Shown: one piece after another, positions 1 through 9,532 of the stretch | Position numbering within the stretch: the stretch's first letter is position 1 | How the letters are laid out: each line of letters begins with the position of its first letter | DNA from: an uncultured Pseudomonadota bacterium | GTDB taxonomy: Bacteria; Pseudomonadota; Alphaproteobacteria; RF32; CAG-239 | Assembly: GCA_949292375.1 (NCBI GenBank) | Contig: CASEZG010000001.1 | Coordinates: 131,811 to 195,810 of the forward strand | Length of the DNA: 64,000 bases | Direction of reading: 5' to 3' | Program-made: the position numbers and the translations under genes | Notes under the pieces: model-generated | Databases searched by the model: none | What the model was told of the DNA's origin: nothing | Seen by the model: only the letters and a program-made list of their open reading frames with translations

Positions 1-279
1 GTTAAAAGGGTTAAGAATATTGCTGGGACAAAAGGTTTAGAGGGATTATCTTTGGATGCGTTGTTGAAAGCCGGAGAAAAAGATATTTCTGATGAAGATT
101 TAGCAAAAATTGCAGCAAAAGAAAATAACGCAGTGGCAAAAAAAATTCTTGAGAAATCGGGTCAAGATATTAAAAAACGTCGCAAAAAAGATATTAAGGA
201 TATTCCGGATAAAACCAAGGGCAGCAAAAAGGGATTGGTTAGGCGTAATCTGTCTTTGAATAATTTGCATGACCGTTAA
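1..279 (+). CDS. 3' end of a Lys-rich hypothetical protein (partial, runs off window start)
   Basis: Frame is open from position 1 to TAA at 277-279; convergent with ampG; no family recognised. Confidence 0.6.
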   Translation, partial: VKRVKNIAGTKGLEGLSLDALLKAGEKDISDEDLAKIAAKENNAVAKKILEKSGQDIKKRRKKDIKDIPDKTKGSKKGLVRRNLSLNNLHDR

Positions 280-282
280 GGC

Positions 283-1569
283 TTATTTGTTTCCGGCAGG
301 GTATTTCTTTGTTAAATAAGCTAACAAGATAAGTCCAGGGATGACCATTAAAGCGGTTATGAAAAAGAAAATATCCCAGCTGACTTTTGCTGCCAGAAAA
401 CCACTGGTTGCGGCAAAAACATCTCGAGCAAAACTCATTAATGAAGACAGCAAAGCATATTGTGTGGCTGTATAAGCGATGTTGCATAAGGATGACAAAT
501 ATGCTACCAGAGCCGTTGCTCCCATTCCGGCTGAAATATTGTCTAAAGATATGGTTACGGTGAGCAGATATATGTTATGACCGGCGTAAGATTGGGCGAC
601 AAACATCAGGTTGGTTATGCCTTGTAAAACACCAAACCAAAATAGGGACTTCATTATTCCGAAGCGATTGATTATCAGTCCTCCGGCAATGCCGCCGAGA
701 ATTGTGGCTATCATACCATAAAGCTTGCTGACATAGGCAATCTCTACTTTACTGAATCCCATGTCATCATAAAAAGGATAAGCCATGGGGCCCATATAGG
801 CATCACTCATACGATAGAAAAAGATAAACAGTAAAATGACAGCCCAATCCGGCTTGCGCATAAAGTCTTTGAATGGGTCATAAACGGCTGTCAGTAAAAA
901 TTTTTTTATGCGCTTGCGAAGTGGTCCAGAGTATGAAATTTGGGTTTTTTTCGAATCTTGCGCCGGTTCTTTGGAACACAGGATTGCAACCATACCAACA
1001 AGAGCACCTAAAGACATGATAACATAAACATTGTTCCAACTCATGACAGAAGCCATCCAGATGGCTCCGGCTCCCGAAAAAATAAGACCAAAACGATAGC
1101 CTAAAACAAAAATGGCAACGCCGGCTCCTTGTTCTTTAGCGGTAAATCGTTCGATACGATAAGCATCAAGCACAATGTCTTGTGAGGCGGAGGCAATGGT
1201 TACCAAAACAGCAAAAAAAGCCATAGTTAAAGGGCTTGCCGAGGGGTTAACCGTGGACATGCACAGAATGGATAACATCAGAATAATTTGGGTAAACAAG
1301 GCCCAACCGCGTCTGCGACCGAGACGGCAGAATAAAGGAAGTTTAATGCGGTCAATCAGCGGTGACCAAGCCCATTTGAAACTATAAGGGGTTTTTACCA
1401 GAGAAAAAAGCCCGATGGCGGCATAAGATATTCCCGCATCTTTAAGCCAAAGGTTCAGTGTGCCGAAAACCAAAAGCAATGGAAATCCGCTGGAGAATCC
1501 GAGTGCAACCATGGTAAGCATTCGCTTATCCAAATAAATTCTTGCCGCTGTCAGCCATTTTTTTAGCAT
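283..1569 (-). CDS. ampG: AmpG-family muropeptide MFS transporter
   Basis: LGFSSGFPL, PYSFKWAWSPLID, GRRRGW, ASASQDIVLDAYRIE and YTATQYALLSSL motifs. Confidence 0.92.
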   Translation of the reverse strand: MLKKWLTAARIYLDKRMLTMVALGFSSGFPLLLVFGTLNLWLKDAGISYAAIGLFSLVKTPYSFKWAWSPLIDRIKLPLFCRLGRRRGWALFTQIILMLSILCMSTVNPSASPLTMAFFAVLVTIASASQDIVLDAYRIERFTAKEQGAGVAIFVLGYRFGLIFSGAGAIWMASVMSWNNVYVIMSLGALVGMVAILCSKEPAQDSKKTQISYSGPLRKRIKKFLLTAVYDPFKDFMRKPDWAVILLFIFFYRMSDAYMGPMAYPFYDDMGFSKVEIAYVSKLYGMIATILGGIAGGLIINRFGIMKSLFWFGVLQGITNLMFVAQSYAGHNIYLLTVTISLDNISAGMGATALVAYLSSLCNIAYTATQYALLSSLMSFARDVFAATSGFLAAKVSWDIFFFITALMVIPGLILLAYLTKKYPAGNK

Positions 1570-1625
1570 AGGTTTTCTCTCTTTTCTTTGTGTTTGAGCA
1601 TAAGAGAAATAGGTTAAATTTTAAT

Positions 1626-1654
1626 AAAAAACCCCGCGCTTGGCGGGGTTTTTT
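1626..1654. terminator. Intrinsic terminator downstream of secB
   Basis: aaaaaaccccgc-gcttg-gcggggtttttt hairpin flanked by A and T tracts. Confidence 0.8.
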
Positions 1655-2128
1655 CTATTTTTGATTCTTACGATTGTTGTACATGGTTACGAAGTCAACC
1701 GGATTAATCATAAATGGCGGGAGACCGCCTTCAACCAAGCAATTGGTTACAACATTGCGGGCGAAGGGGAATATAAGCCGCGGAATTTCAATCATTAATA
1801 CGGGTTCTGTATGTTCGGTCGGTACATTTAAGGCAACAACGGCGGCATAAGTTAATTCTAAAATAAATAGTTTTTGATGATTTACGTCACCGTTCATTGC
1901 AATTTTAAGTTCAACATTGTAAAAGTTTTTTTCCAAAGATTGGTAGCCAACCTCAATATTAATTTGAACTTCAGGAGCGGAATTTATTTCTTTAAAAATT
2001 TCCGGCGCATGAGGAATTTCTAAAGACAAATCTTTAATATATTGTGTATTAATCATTATGGCCGGTTGATTGTTATTTTGATTTGCCGGCTGTTCGTTGT
2101 CATTACTGGTCTTGTTTTCTTCGCTCAT
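1655..2128 (-). CDS. secB: Protein-export chaperone SecB
   Basis: QYIKDLSLEIPHAP and IEIPRLIFPFAR...GGLPPFMINPVDF; start moved to the ATG at 2128, which follows AAGGAG. Confidence 0.93.
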   Translation of the reverse strand: MSEENKTSNDNEQPANQNNNQPAIMINTQYIKDLSLEIPHAPEIFKEINSAPEVQINIEVGYQSLEKNFYNVELKIAMNGDVNHQKLFILELTYAAVVALNVPTEHTEPVLMIEIPRLIFPFARNVVTNCLVEGGLPPFMINPVDFVTMYNNRKNQK

Positions 2129-2265
2129 TAAAAAAATCTCCTTAAACAAGCTGTTATTTTCTTTTAGCAATACAATAAATAATATCAGTCGTCAAATATT
2201 TATAGTTGATAATAAACGCAATTAAGCTATATTTAGGTTAAGTTAATTTTGTTTATGAGGAAAAA

Positions 2266-2934
2266 ATGGCAGCGTATTTGGATATTATCATTTTGTTGGT
2301 TGTAGTGGTGTTGATTTTTAGCAAACTCAAGAGTTTGCTCGGAACAAGACCCGATAATTTTGAACAACATAAGATGTCTGATGAAAGCGCGGCAAAGATT
2401 TTTGATATCATCGTCAAAGAAGCCGAAAAAAAAGCTGCGGAAGAAGCGAATCTGTCTAAGACAGAGGAAGTTAAGATTCCGGATGCGGAACTCAGCGAAG
2501 TCGATAAAGTTTTGCTTCAGATGCCCGGTTTTAATCGTGAGAAGTTTTTGAGCGGAGCTGAAAAAGCTTTTGAGATTATTGTTGTGGCTTTCAGTAAAGG
2601 TGATGTTGAAACCCTTGAAATGCTTGTAAGCAAGAATTTGTTAAAAAAGTTTCAGGAGATTATTGAAAAACGCAATGCTGACGGTATTACTTCCGAGACG
2701 GATTTTATCGGATTTGATGATGTTGAAATTGTTGATGCCAAAATTACAAAAAATGGTGTTGCTAAGATTTGTGTTAAATTTGTCAGTGAGCAGGTTAATA
2801 TTTTGAAAGATAAAAACGGTGAAGTTATTGAAGGTGACGAGAACTTTATTCAGAATATTACTGATAACTGGACCTTTGAAAGAGCTATCAGCTCTACCAA
2901 CCCCAACTGGATGTTAGTTTCTACGAAAAAATAA
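2266..2934 (+). CDS. Tim44/TimA-family membrane adaptor protein
   Basis: N-terminal TM with LGTR, FLSGAEKAFEIIV, C-terminal WTFER...NPNWML; canonical secB/tim44/mltA context. Confidence 0.88.
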   Translation: MAAYLDIIILLVVVVLIFSKLKSLLGTRPDNFEQHKMSDESAAKIFDIIVKEAEKKAAEEANLSKTEEVKIPDAELSEVDKVLLQMPGFNREKFLSGAEKAFEIIVVAFSKGDVETLEMLVSKNLLKKFQEIIEKRNADGITSETDFIGFDDVEIVDAKITKNGVAKICVKFVSEQVNILKDKNGEVIEGDENFIQNITDNWTFERAISSTNPNWMLVSTKK

Positions 2935-4133
2935 TGAAGCGCGCTATTTTTACTCTTGCTCTTTCTTTGTTGCTCTTTGCTTGTGGCAAGGAAGAAGAAA
3001 AAACTAAAGAATCGGTTGAAGAAAGAACCGAAGAAACCGTTGTTGTGCCGGAAATTGAGGTGTTGCCGACAACTTTTGGTGCTTTGGCTAACTGGAAAAA
3101 TGACGATATGAGCCAAGCTATCCGTGCTTTTGCTGATTCTTGTGCTAAGGTTAGCGGGGAAAAGAGCGAATTTCTTTCGAATGCGATGGTTAAAATCAAA
3201 ACCGCAGATTATCAGGCTATTTGTCGGGATTTTGCGGCGCGAGGAATTCTGTCTGCCGATGATTTCAGAGCATTTTTGGAAAATAATTTTGTTCCAAGTT
3301 TGGTGGTGGGTAAGGGCTCTGAAATCGGAAAATTCACCTCCTATTATGAATCCTCGCTTAATGCTTCTTATCATAAAAGCGATAAGTACAGATATCCTAT
3401 TTATGGACGTCCGAACGACCTGATAGAGTTTAATGTAAAAGATTTTGATGAAAATTTATCCTCTAAGAGATATGTCGGACGTGTTAAAGGGCAGAGATTG
3501 TTGCCTTATTATACACGAGCAGAGATAGAGGCAGGTGCCGGAGATGCGCCGGTGTTACTTTGGGGTGATGATCCGGTTGATATTTATGTGATGCAGATTC
3601 AGGGTTCGGCGGTGGCTGATTTGGATGATGGCCGCAAGGTGCGTATCGGTTATGCGGACAACAATGGGCATGCCTTTAAGGGAATCGGCAGCATATTGTT
3701 GAGCAAAGGCTTGATTAAGCCTGGTGAAGCCTCTATGGGTAAAATCAAAAAATGGTTGAAGAAAAACGGTCAGCTGGCTTTGGATAATATGGCAGAAAAC
3801 AAACGCTATGTTTTTCATCGGTTGGTGGATGCTGAAGGACCGATTGGGGCGCAAGGAGTGCCATTGCGTGCCGGAAGGTCTTTGGCTGTTGACAGAAAAT
3901 ATATTCCGCTCGGGGCACTTTTGTGGTTGGAAACAACAGGACCTGATAAGGAAAAAATTGAAAAACTGGTGGTAGCGCAAGATATCGGCGGTGCAATAAA
4001 AGGCGCGGTTAGAGGAGATTATTTTTGGGGCTCCGGCAAAGATGATGTTTTAGATTATGCCGGCAGAATGAACTCGGAAGGACGTTATTTTATTTTGTTG
4101 CCCAAGCAAACGGGAGTTAAAGCTAATGATTGA
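2934..4133 (+). CDS. mltA: Membrane-bound lytic murein transglycosylase A
   Basis: Lipobox LLFAC; FTSYYE, MQIQGS, SLAVDRKYIPLG and AQDIGGAIKGAVRGDYFWG. Confidence 0.93.
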   Translation: MKRAIFTLALSLLLFACGKEEEKTKESVEERTEETVVVPEIEVLPTTFGALANWKNDDMSQAIRAFADSCAKVSGEKSEFLSNAMVKIKTADYQAICRDFAARGILSADDFRAFLENNFVPSLVVGKGSEIGKFTSYYESSLNASYHKSDKYRYPIYGRPNDLIEFNVKDFDENLSSKRYVGRVKGQRLLPYYTRAEIEAGAGDAPVLLWGDDPVDIYVMQIQGSAVADLDDGRKVRIGYADNNGHAFKGIGSILLSKGLIKPGEASMGKIKKWLKKNGQLALDNMAENKRYVFHRLVDAEGPIGAQGVPLRAGRSLAVDRKYIPLGALLWLETTGPDKEKIEKLVVAQDIGGAIKGAVRGDYFWGSGKDDVLDYAGRMNSEGRYFILLPKQTGVKAND

Positions 4134-4683
4134 GCATAAAAGGATAAGCAAAGCAGATATGCTGATTTATAAGGCTTTGAACAGAGCTATTGAAAATGAC
4201 AAGCTGCGGATTTATTTGGATTATGGCAAAATTAATCGTCCGGGGTCGCCGGTTTATGACCCTTGGGAAAGTTTGTTGCCGATTTTGATTCCGGTTTTGC
4301 TTGGGTTGTTGCTGATTTTTTCGGTCGGCGTATTGTTCGGTTTGCTGTTTATTGTGGCGATGATTTCGGTGTACAGCGTTTATTTTAAGAAAAAGATTTA
4401 TCGGCGGTTAATTGAACGCACTAAACGTTATATTACAACCGGATATGAACATTGTGATGCTTTGTGGAATTTTGGCGGTTTGGTTTTTGTTAATGCCGAA
4501 AACAAAAAGCTTGGTTGTGTTTCGCCGGAAGGGGATTGGAAAGATTTTGTGGTCTTGAATTTTTCGGAGTTTATGACCGAACATAAAGAAGAACCCAGAG
4601 AAGAAAAAGAAGAGAAGAAAGAAGAAGCTCCAGATGAAAATGCAAAAGCTAAAACAAGGTCAAGAACCAACCCCAGAAGATAA
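4126..4683 (+). CDS. Hypothetical membrane protein
   Basis: Overlaps mltA stop and smr start; central hydrophobic hairpin; no family recognised. Confidence 0.7.
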   Translation: MIEHKRISKADMLIYKALNRAIENDKLRIYLDYGKINRPGSPVYDPWESLLPILIPVLLGLLLIFSVGVLFGLLFIVAMISVYSVYFKKKIYRRLIERTKRYITTGYEHCDALWNFGGLVFVNAENKKLGCVSPEGDWKDFVVLNFSEFMTEHKEEPREEKEEKKEEAPDENAKAKTRSRTNPRR

Positions 4684-5188
4684 GGATTTTTGGGCCGAAA
4701 TCGCCGGAGAAGTGGAACGTCTTGACCAACCGCCGGAGCCGCCGCTTAAAAGCGTGGTTATCAAAGAAGTTGAGCAAACAATTCGGATGAATGAGGTTTA
4801 CCACGGTAATGATTTAGGAGAGCTGCGTGAGGGGAGCTTGGCGGATATTGACGGAGCAACTGCCAGAAGATTTAAGCGTGGTGATTTTGCCGTTGAGGCA
4901 ACACTTGATTTGCATGGTTATACGGAAGAGCGTGCTTATAATGCCGTGTCTGATTTTATTAAAAAAGCCTATTTGGCGCAAAAGCGTTGTGTGCTGATTA
5001 TTACCGGCAAAGGCTTGGCGCATGATGAAGAAAGAGATATTTTGGCTTTCAAAGGTTTGTTGAAAGAAAAAGTGCCGCAATGGCTGAATGGGCGTGAATT
5101 ACGGCCGCTGATTTTGGCTTTTCGGCATCCGGATGTTAAGCTTGGCGGCAGCGGCGCTTTGTATATTTTGTTGCGCCGCAAGAGATAG
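4634..5188 (+). CDS. Smr/MutS2 C-terminal domain protein
   Basis: LDLHGYT, VLIITGKG and GGSGALYILLR motifs. Confidence 0.9.
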   Translation: MKMQKLKQGQEPTPEDKDFWAEIAGEVERLDQPPEPPLKSVVIKEVEQTIRMNEVYHGNDLGELREGSLADIDGATARRFKRGDFAVEATLDLHGYTEERAYNAVSDFIKKAYLAQKRCVLIITGKGLAHDEERDILAFKGLLKEKVPQWLNGRELRPLILAFRHPDVKLGGSGALYILLRRKR

Positions 5189-5189
5189 A

Positions 5190-5825
5190 CTAAAGCCTTT
5201 TATCCGAAGAACTGCAATAAGCGGCAATCGGGCATTCGGCACAATTTGGTTTTTGAGCTTTGCAGATGTATCTACCAAACAGAACCAGCCAGTGGTTGGC
5301 GTTTTTGACATAGTTTGTGGGCAAAACTTTCAGCAAGTCTTTTTCCACCTCTAACGGAGTTTTGCCTTGAGAGAAGTCCAGACGATGAGAAATGCGCATA
5401 ACATGCGTATCTACAGCCAGAGCCGGTTCATTAAACCAAACATTTAAGACGACATTGGCGGTTTTGCGCCCGACACCAGCCAAACTTTCCAAGGCTTCGC
5501 GATTGTGCGGAACTTCGCCGTTGTATTTCTCTACCAAGTCTTGGCTCAGGGCCATAATGCTTTTGGCTTTGTTATTAAACAAGCCGATGGTTTTAATATA
5601 TTCCTTGAGCTTGTCTATGCCGAGGCTAAGCATTTTTTGCGGTGTGTCGGCAACTTCAAACAGTGCTTTAGTGGCTTTGTTGACGCCTTTGTCCGTAGAC
5701 TGAGCGGACAAGACAACCGCAACCAGCAAAGTATAGGCATTTTTATAATCCAGTTCACAACGTGGGTTGGGGTCGCGCTGGTTGAAGATTTCCATAATCT
5801 CAAGAATTTCTTTGGCATTACGCAT
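5190..5825 (-). CDS. nth: Endonuclease III
   Basis: LLVAVVLSAQSTD, HhH GVGRKTANVVL, AVDTHV, C-x6-C-x2-C-x5-C cluster; ATG at 5825 overlaps the tsaD TGA. Confidence 0.95.
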   Translation of the reverse strand: MRNAKEILEIMEIFNQRDPNPRCELDYKNAYTLLVAVVLSAQSTDKGVNKATKALFEVADTPQKMLSLGIDKLKEYIKTIGLFNNKAKSIMALSQDLVEKYNGEVPHNREALESLAGVGRKTANVVLNVWFNEPALAVDTHVMRISHRLDFSQGKTPLEVEKDLLKVLPTNYVKNANHWLVLFGRYICKAQKPNCAECPIAAYCSSSDKRL

Positions 5826-6901
5826 CAGGCTTTTACTCCTCCGGCACCGGCTGCTTTGGGTGCGTTGCTGTCTAAGGGCCAACGTGGGCGAGGTTTGAAG
5901 TCTAGGTCATTGGTATAACCTTTGGCAAAACGCTCTAAGCCGGCCCAAGCTATCATCACACCATTATCTGTACAAAACCGAACCGGCGGGGCAGAAAATT
6001 CAAGACCGTTTTTATCAGCCAGTTCTTTAAGTTTGCCGCGCAGAAAAGTGTTGGCGGCAACACCGCCGGAAACAACCAAATCTTTGCCTTCGGGATAGTT
6101 TTGTTTGAAATAGGTGATAGCTTTGGCGAGTTTGCGCGTTAAACAATCTGTGGCGGCAACTTGAAAAGCGGCGCAGATATCTGCTGCTTCACGCTTGCGC
6201 ATGATAGCGTGCTCAATATTGCCGTCTTCCGAATAAGATTCAATAATCTTGCGTACTGCGGTTTTTAAGCCGGAGAAAGACAAGTTGCAGTCACCGGAAC
6301 CAATCAGCGGGCGGGGCAAAACGAATCTGTCCGGATTGCCGACCGCAGCCATCTTTTCTATCATTGGGCCGCCTGGGTAGCCTAAGCCCAACATTTTGGC
6401 AACCTTGTCAAAAGCTTCGCCGGCGGCATCATCAATGGTGGTGCCTAAGCGTTCATATTCCCCGACGTCTTTAACAACGAGAATCTGACAGTGTCCGCCG
6501 GAAACCAAAAGCAACAGATAAGGATATTTCACATCACTGGTTAAGCGGGCGGCAAGAGCATGACCTTCCAGATGATTGACGGCAACAAAAGGTTTGTTTA
6601 GAGCCAGAGCCAAGGCTTTTCCAGCCATGACGCCGACAACAACGCCGCCGATTAAGCCGGGGCCGGAAGAAGCCGCAATTGCATCAATATCTTCCAGTTT
6701 GATGACGGCGCGTTTGACACAGAGCTCTATAATCTCGTCAATATGCTCCAAATGTGCACGGGCGGCAATCTCCGGAACAACACCGCCAAAGCTTTTATGC
6801 TCCTCTTGCGAAAGCAGGCTTTCACCCAGAATTTCTCGTTTGTCATTGACTAGGGCTGCGGCCGTTTCATCACAACTGCTTTCTATTCCTAAAACTATCA
6901 T
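5825..6901 (-). CDS. tsaD: tRNA N6-threonylcarbamoyltransferase TsaD
   Basis: VLGIESSCDET, GGVVPEIAARAH, NHLEGH, SGGH, DDAAGEAFDK and CTDNGVMIAW; start set at ATG 6901. Confidence 0.96.
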   Translation of the reverse strand: MIVLGIESSCDETAAALVNDKREILGESLLSQEEHKSFGGVVPEIAARAHLEHIDEIIELCVKRAVIKLEDIDAIAASSGPGLIGGVVVGVMAGKALALALNKPFVAVNHLEGHALAARLTSDVKYPYLLLLVSGGHCQILVVKDVGEYERLGTTIDDAAGEAFDKVAKMLGLGYPGGPMIEKMAAVGNPDRFVLPRPLIGSGDCNLSFSGLKTAVRKIIESYSEDGNIEHAIMRKREAADICAAFQVAATDCLTRKLAKAITYFKQNYPEGKDLVVSGGVAANTFLRGKLKELADKNGLEFSAPPVRFCTDNGVMIAWAGLERFAKGYTNDLDFKPRPRWPLDSNAPKAAGAGGVKA

Positions 6902-7012
6902 CTGAAAATCCCAAATTTTGTTGCAGTTTTTGTAAAATCTTAATACATTATAAGCATAGTAATAAACTATATTTGAAAAATTGCCAAGAATTATCAGCAA
7001 AAGGATAGGGAA

Positions 7013-8044
7013 ATGGTCAAAGCCGAAGATCTTGCCGAGAAAAAAGAACCGGAGGAAAAAGAACTTTCTAAAGCAAAGTTTTCTAAAGTTAGGTTGTTTT
7101 TCTGGTGTGTGATGATTTTAGCTGTCGGTGGTGCTTTTGTTTATCCGCAGGCTTGGGTTCGGGTTTATGATTATGCCATTGAGCGTTTGGGCAAAAACGA
7201 GCCTCAAGGACCTACGGCTTTGGATGTTTTGCAACAGGAAGTTAATGCTTTGCAAAAGCAGTTGGCACAGATGCAATATCGTCTGGAGAATCAGGGGTCG
7301 ACTACCGCAACGGTGATGATTGATGATGCTGATTTGGCTCAGTTGAAAGACCGCTTGGCGGTTATTGAAAAACAGAATCTGAATGTCATTAATTCTAAGG
7401 CTGATGTGGCTTTGGTTTTGGGTTTGTTGGTGCGTTTGGACAAAGCGGAAGCTCAAATTGATAAGCTAACAAAAATCTCTGATGACGGTGCTTTAATCTT
7501 GAGCGCAACGATGATGGTTAAAAATGCTTCCGAAAATGGACAGCCTTTTGCTTATGAGGCTGAAGTATTGGATATTTTGGCAAAGGGAGATGCGCAAATC
7601 AGCCAAGAAGTTGCCGAGATTGTGAAATATGCGCCGCAAGGGATTAAGTCTAAAGCCGCTTTGATTGCTGAATTTGATTCTCTTTATGAGGAGGCTGTTG
7701 CTCAGCAAAAAGCAGAGTTTACGAAGACCTGGAAAGACAGGTTAAACAGCAAGCTCAACGAAATTATTAAGGTTAAGAAAACCAAGAAACAAGCTCCTGA
7801 GTTTGAAGAAGATAAGTTGCTGGAAAAAGCCAAGAGGCTGGTTGATGAAGGAAAGTTTGAAAAAGCTTTGGCTTTGTTAACAGAAATCGGGCAGAAAGAA
7901 GCCAAAACCGCCGCATTGTTGAACGGGTGGTTGGCTGAAGCTCAGGCAAGAATAGATTTTGATGAAGCAGTGAGCCGGATTTCTGCTCATTCGCTGGCGT
8001 TGATGAAGGTGAACTACATTAAAGGAGAGAACAGTCATGACTAG
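7013..8044 (+). CDS. COG4223 / mitofilin-like (alpha-Mic60) membrane coiled-coil protein
   Basis: N-terminal TM, coiled coil, GQPFAYE motif, C-terminal AL...WLAEAQAR; lies between tsaD and a hemY-like gene. Confidence 0.7.
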   Translation: MVKAEDLAEKKEPEEKELSKAKFSKVRLFFWCVMILAVGGAFVYPQAWVRVYDYAIERLGKNEPQGPTALDVLQQEVNALQKQLAQMQYRLENQGSTTATVMIDDADLAQLKDRLAVIEKQNLNVINSKADVALVLGLLVRLDKAEAQIDKLTKISDDGALILSATMMVKNASENGQPFAYEAEVLDILAKGDAQISQEVAEIVKYAPQGIKSKAALIAEFDSLYEEAVAQQKAEFTKTWKDRLNSKLNEIIKVKKTKKQAPEFEEDKLLEKAKRLVDEGKFEKALALLTEIGQKEAKTAALLNGWLAEAQARIDFDEAVSRISAHSLALMKVNYIKGENSHD

Positions 8045-9464
8045 GAAAATTTCATCTTTTATTTTTATAGGTTTGATTTTTACGCTGGCGGTGTGGATGT
8101 CAGACAAAAACAGCGTGATTACTGTTGATTGGCGCGGTTATGTTAACCATTTTTCCATTCCGGAAGCGATGCTGTTGGTGCTGGTCTTTGTGGCCGTAGT
8201 TGACTTTTTGAACAGAATCTTGCGCAAGTTGGTTATGGCGCAAGTGAAAGAAACTTATCGCTATAATCTCGGAAATATGACGAACGAAGGTGAAGCAATA
8301 AATGTTTTGGCTAACAAAATCAGCGAAAAAATCGTTATTGACCGTCATGACTTTGATAACTCTCTGTTGTTGGTTTTGCGTACAATGACAAGTATTACGG
8401 CAGGAGATATGAAAGAGGCTCGTATTAATTTGCGCGCTTTGAAAAAACTTATCGGAAATGACCCAATCATAGACCTCTTAAAAATGAAAATTTATAAGGG
8501 TGAAAAAGATTTTGATAAGATGGAAAAACTTTCTGCCAAGATTATGAAAAATGATGACATTCGTTTGGTTGGTATGAAGGCTGCCGTTGAGGCACAAATG
8601 CAGAAAAAAGAATTTGCCGAGGCCTTGGAAACAGCGAATAAAGCTTTTGAACTTCGTCAAGATTTGTATTGGGTTATTGAAAGTGCTTTTGAACTTCGGG
8701 CCAAAGCCGGAGATTGGGACGGAGCGTTGCAAGTTTTGGAATCCGGTAATAAGAAAAAAATTATACCGAATGATAAGTTTAAGCGCTTGAGATCTATCGT
8801 TTTATATGAGATGGCTTTGGAGGCTCAGAAGAAAGGCGATGATGTTAACTTCTTCCGCCTGTGTTCTCAGGCAATTGAGTGTGATGAAACTTTGGTTCCT
8901 GCTGCTGTTGCGATGGCTAGATATTATAACGCCAATGATAATCAGTATCGTAAGGCAGCAAAAGTTTTGTTGAATGCTTGGAATAAGAATCCAACAGCTG
9001 ATATTGCTTATGAATATTTGAAATTGTATCCGAAAGATGATATTACCGCAAAAATTCAGCGTATTGAGACTTTGGCGCAGACGAATGCTTTGCGTCCGTC
9101 TTTGAATAATCTGCTGTTGGCAGAGCTGGCTACAGAGGCCGGATTTTGGGGTAAGGCTAAGGCTGAAATCGAGATGTTCTTGATTAATAATCCTGCAACC
9201 AAAAAGCTGGCTAAGATGATTGCTCAGTATGAAAAACTTAGCAATAATGATAAAAAAGAAGCAGCTAAATGGAAAAAGAAGGAAGCAACCTGCGCAGATG
9301 ATGCTATGTGGGTTTGTGATGAATGTGGTCATGCTTCTGAGGAATGGCTGCCGATTTGTCCGAAATGCGGTTCCTTTGGCTTGAGCCACTGGAGATTGTA
9401 TGTCGAAAAGCCGGAAAATGAGGCAATTGTTGAGGTTCCGGCATCGGATGATGATGACGAATAG
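8037..9464 (+). CDS. HemY-like (COG3898/Orf52) TPR membrane protein with C-terminal Zn ribbon
   Basis: Two N-terminal TMs with ITVDWRGY, TPR-like helices, WVCDECG...WLPICPKCG; follows the mic60-like gene. Confidence 0.75.
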   Translation: MTRKISSFIFIGLIFTLAVWMSDKNSVITVDWRGYVNHFSIPEAMLLVLVFVAVVDFLNRILRKLVMAQVKETYRYNLGNMTNEGEAINVLANKISEKIVIDRHDFDNSLLLVLRTMTSITAGDMKEARINLRALKKLIGNDPIIDLLKMKIYKGEKDFDKMEKLSAKIMKNDDIRLVGMKAAVEAQMQKKEFAEALETANKAFELRQDLYWVIESAFELRAKAGDWDGALQVLESGNKKKIIPNDKFKRLRSIVLYEMALEAQKKGDDVNFFRLCSQAIECDETLVPAAVAMARYYNANDNQYRKAAKVLLNAWNKNPTADIAYEYLKLYPKDDITAKIQRIETLAQTNALRPSLNNLLLAELATEAGFWGKAKAEIEMFLINNPATKKLAKMIAQYEKLSNNDKKEAAKWKKKEATCADDAMWVCDECGHASEEWLPICPKCGSFGLSHWRLYVEKPENEAIVEVPASDDDDE

Positions 9465-9473
9465 TTAAAAAAG

Positions 9474-9505
9474 TGACGGCTGACAGTTTTTTCTGTCGGC
9501 CGTTA
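9474..9505. terminator. Intergenic hairpin, possible terminator
   Basis: tgacggctgacag-tttttt-ctgtcggccgtta inverted repeat followed by tttt. Confidence 0.5.
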
Positions 9506-9532
9506 TTTTAAATGAAATTAGCGGAGAGGGTT

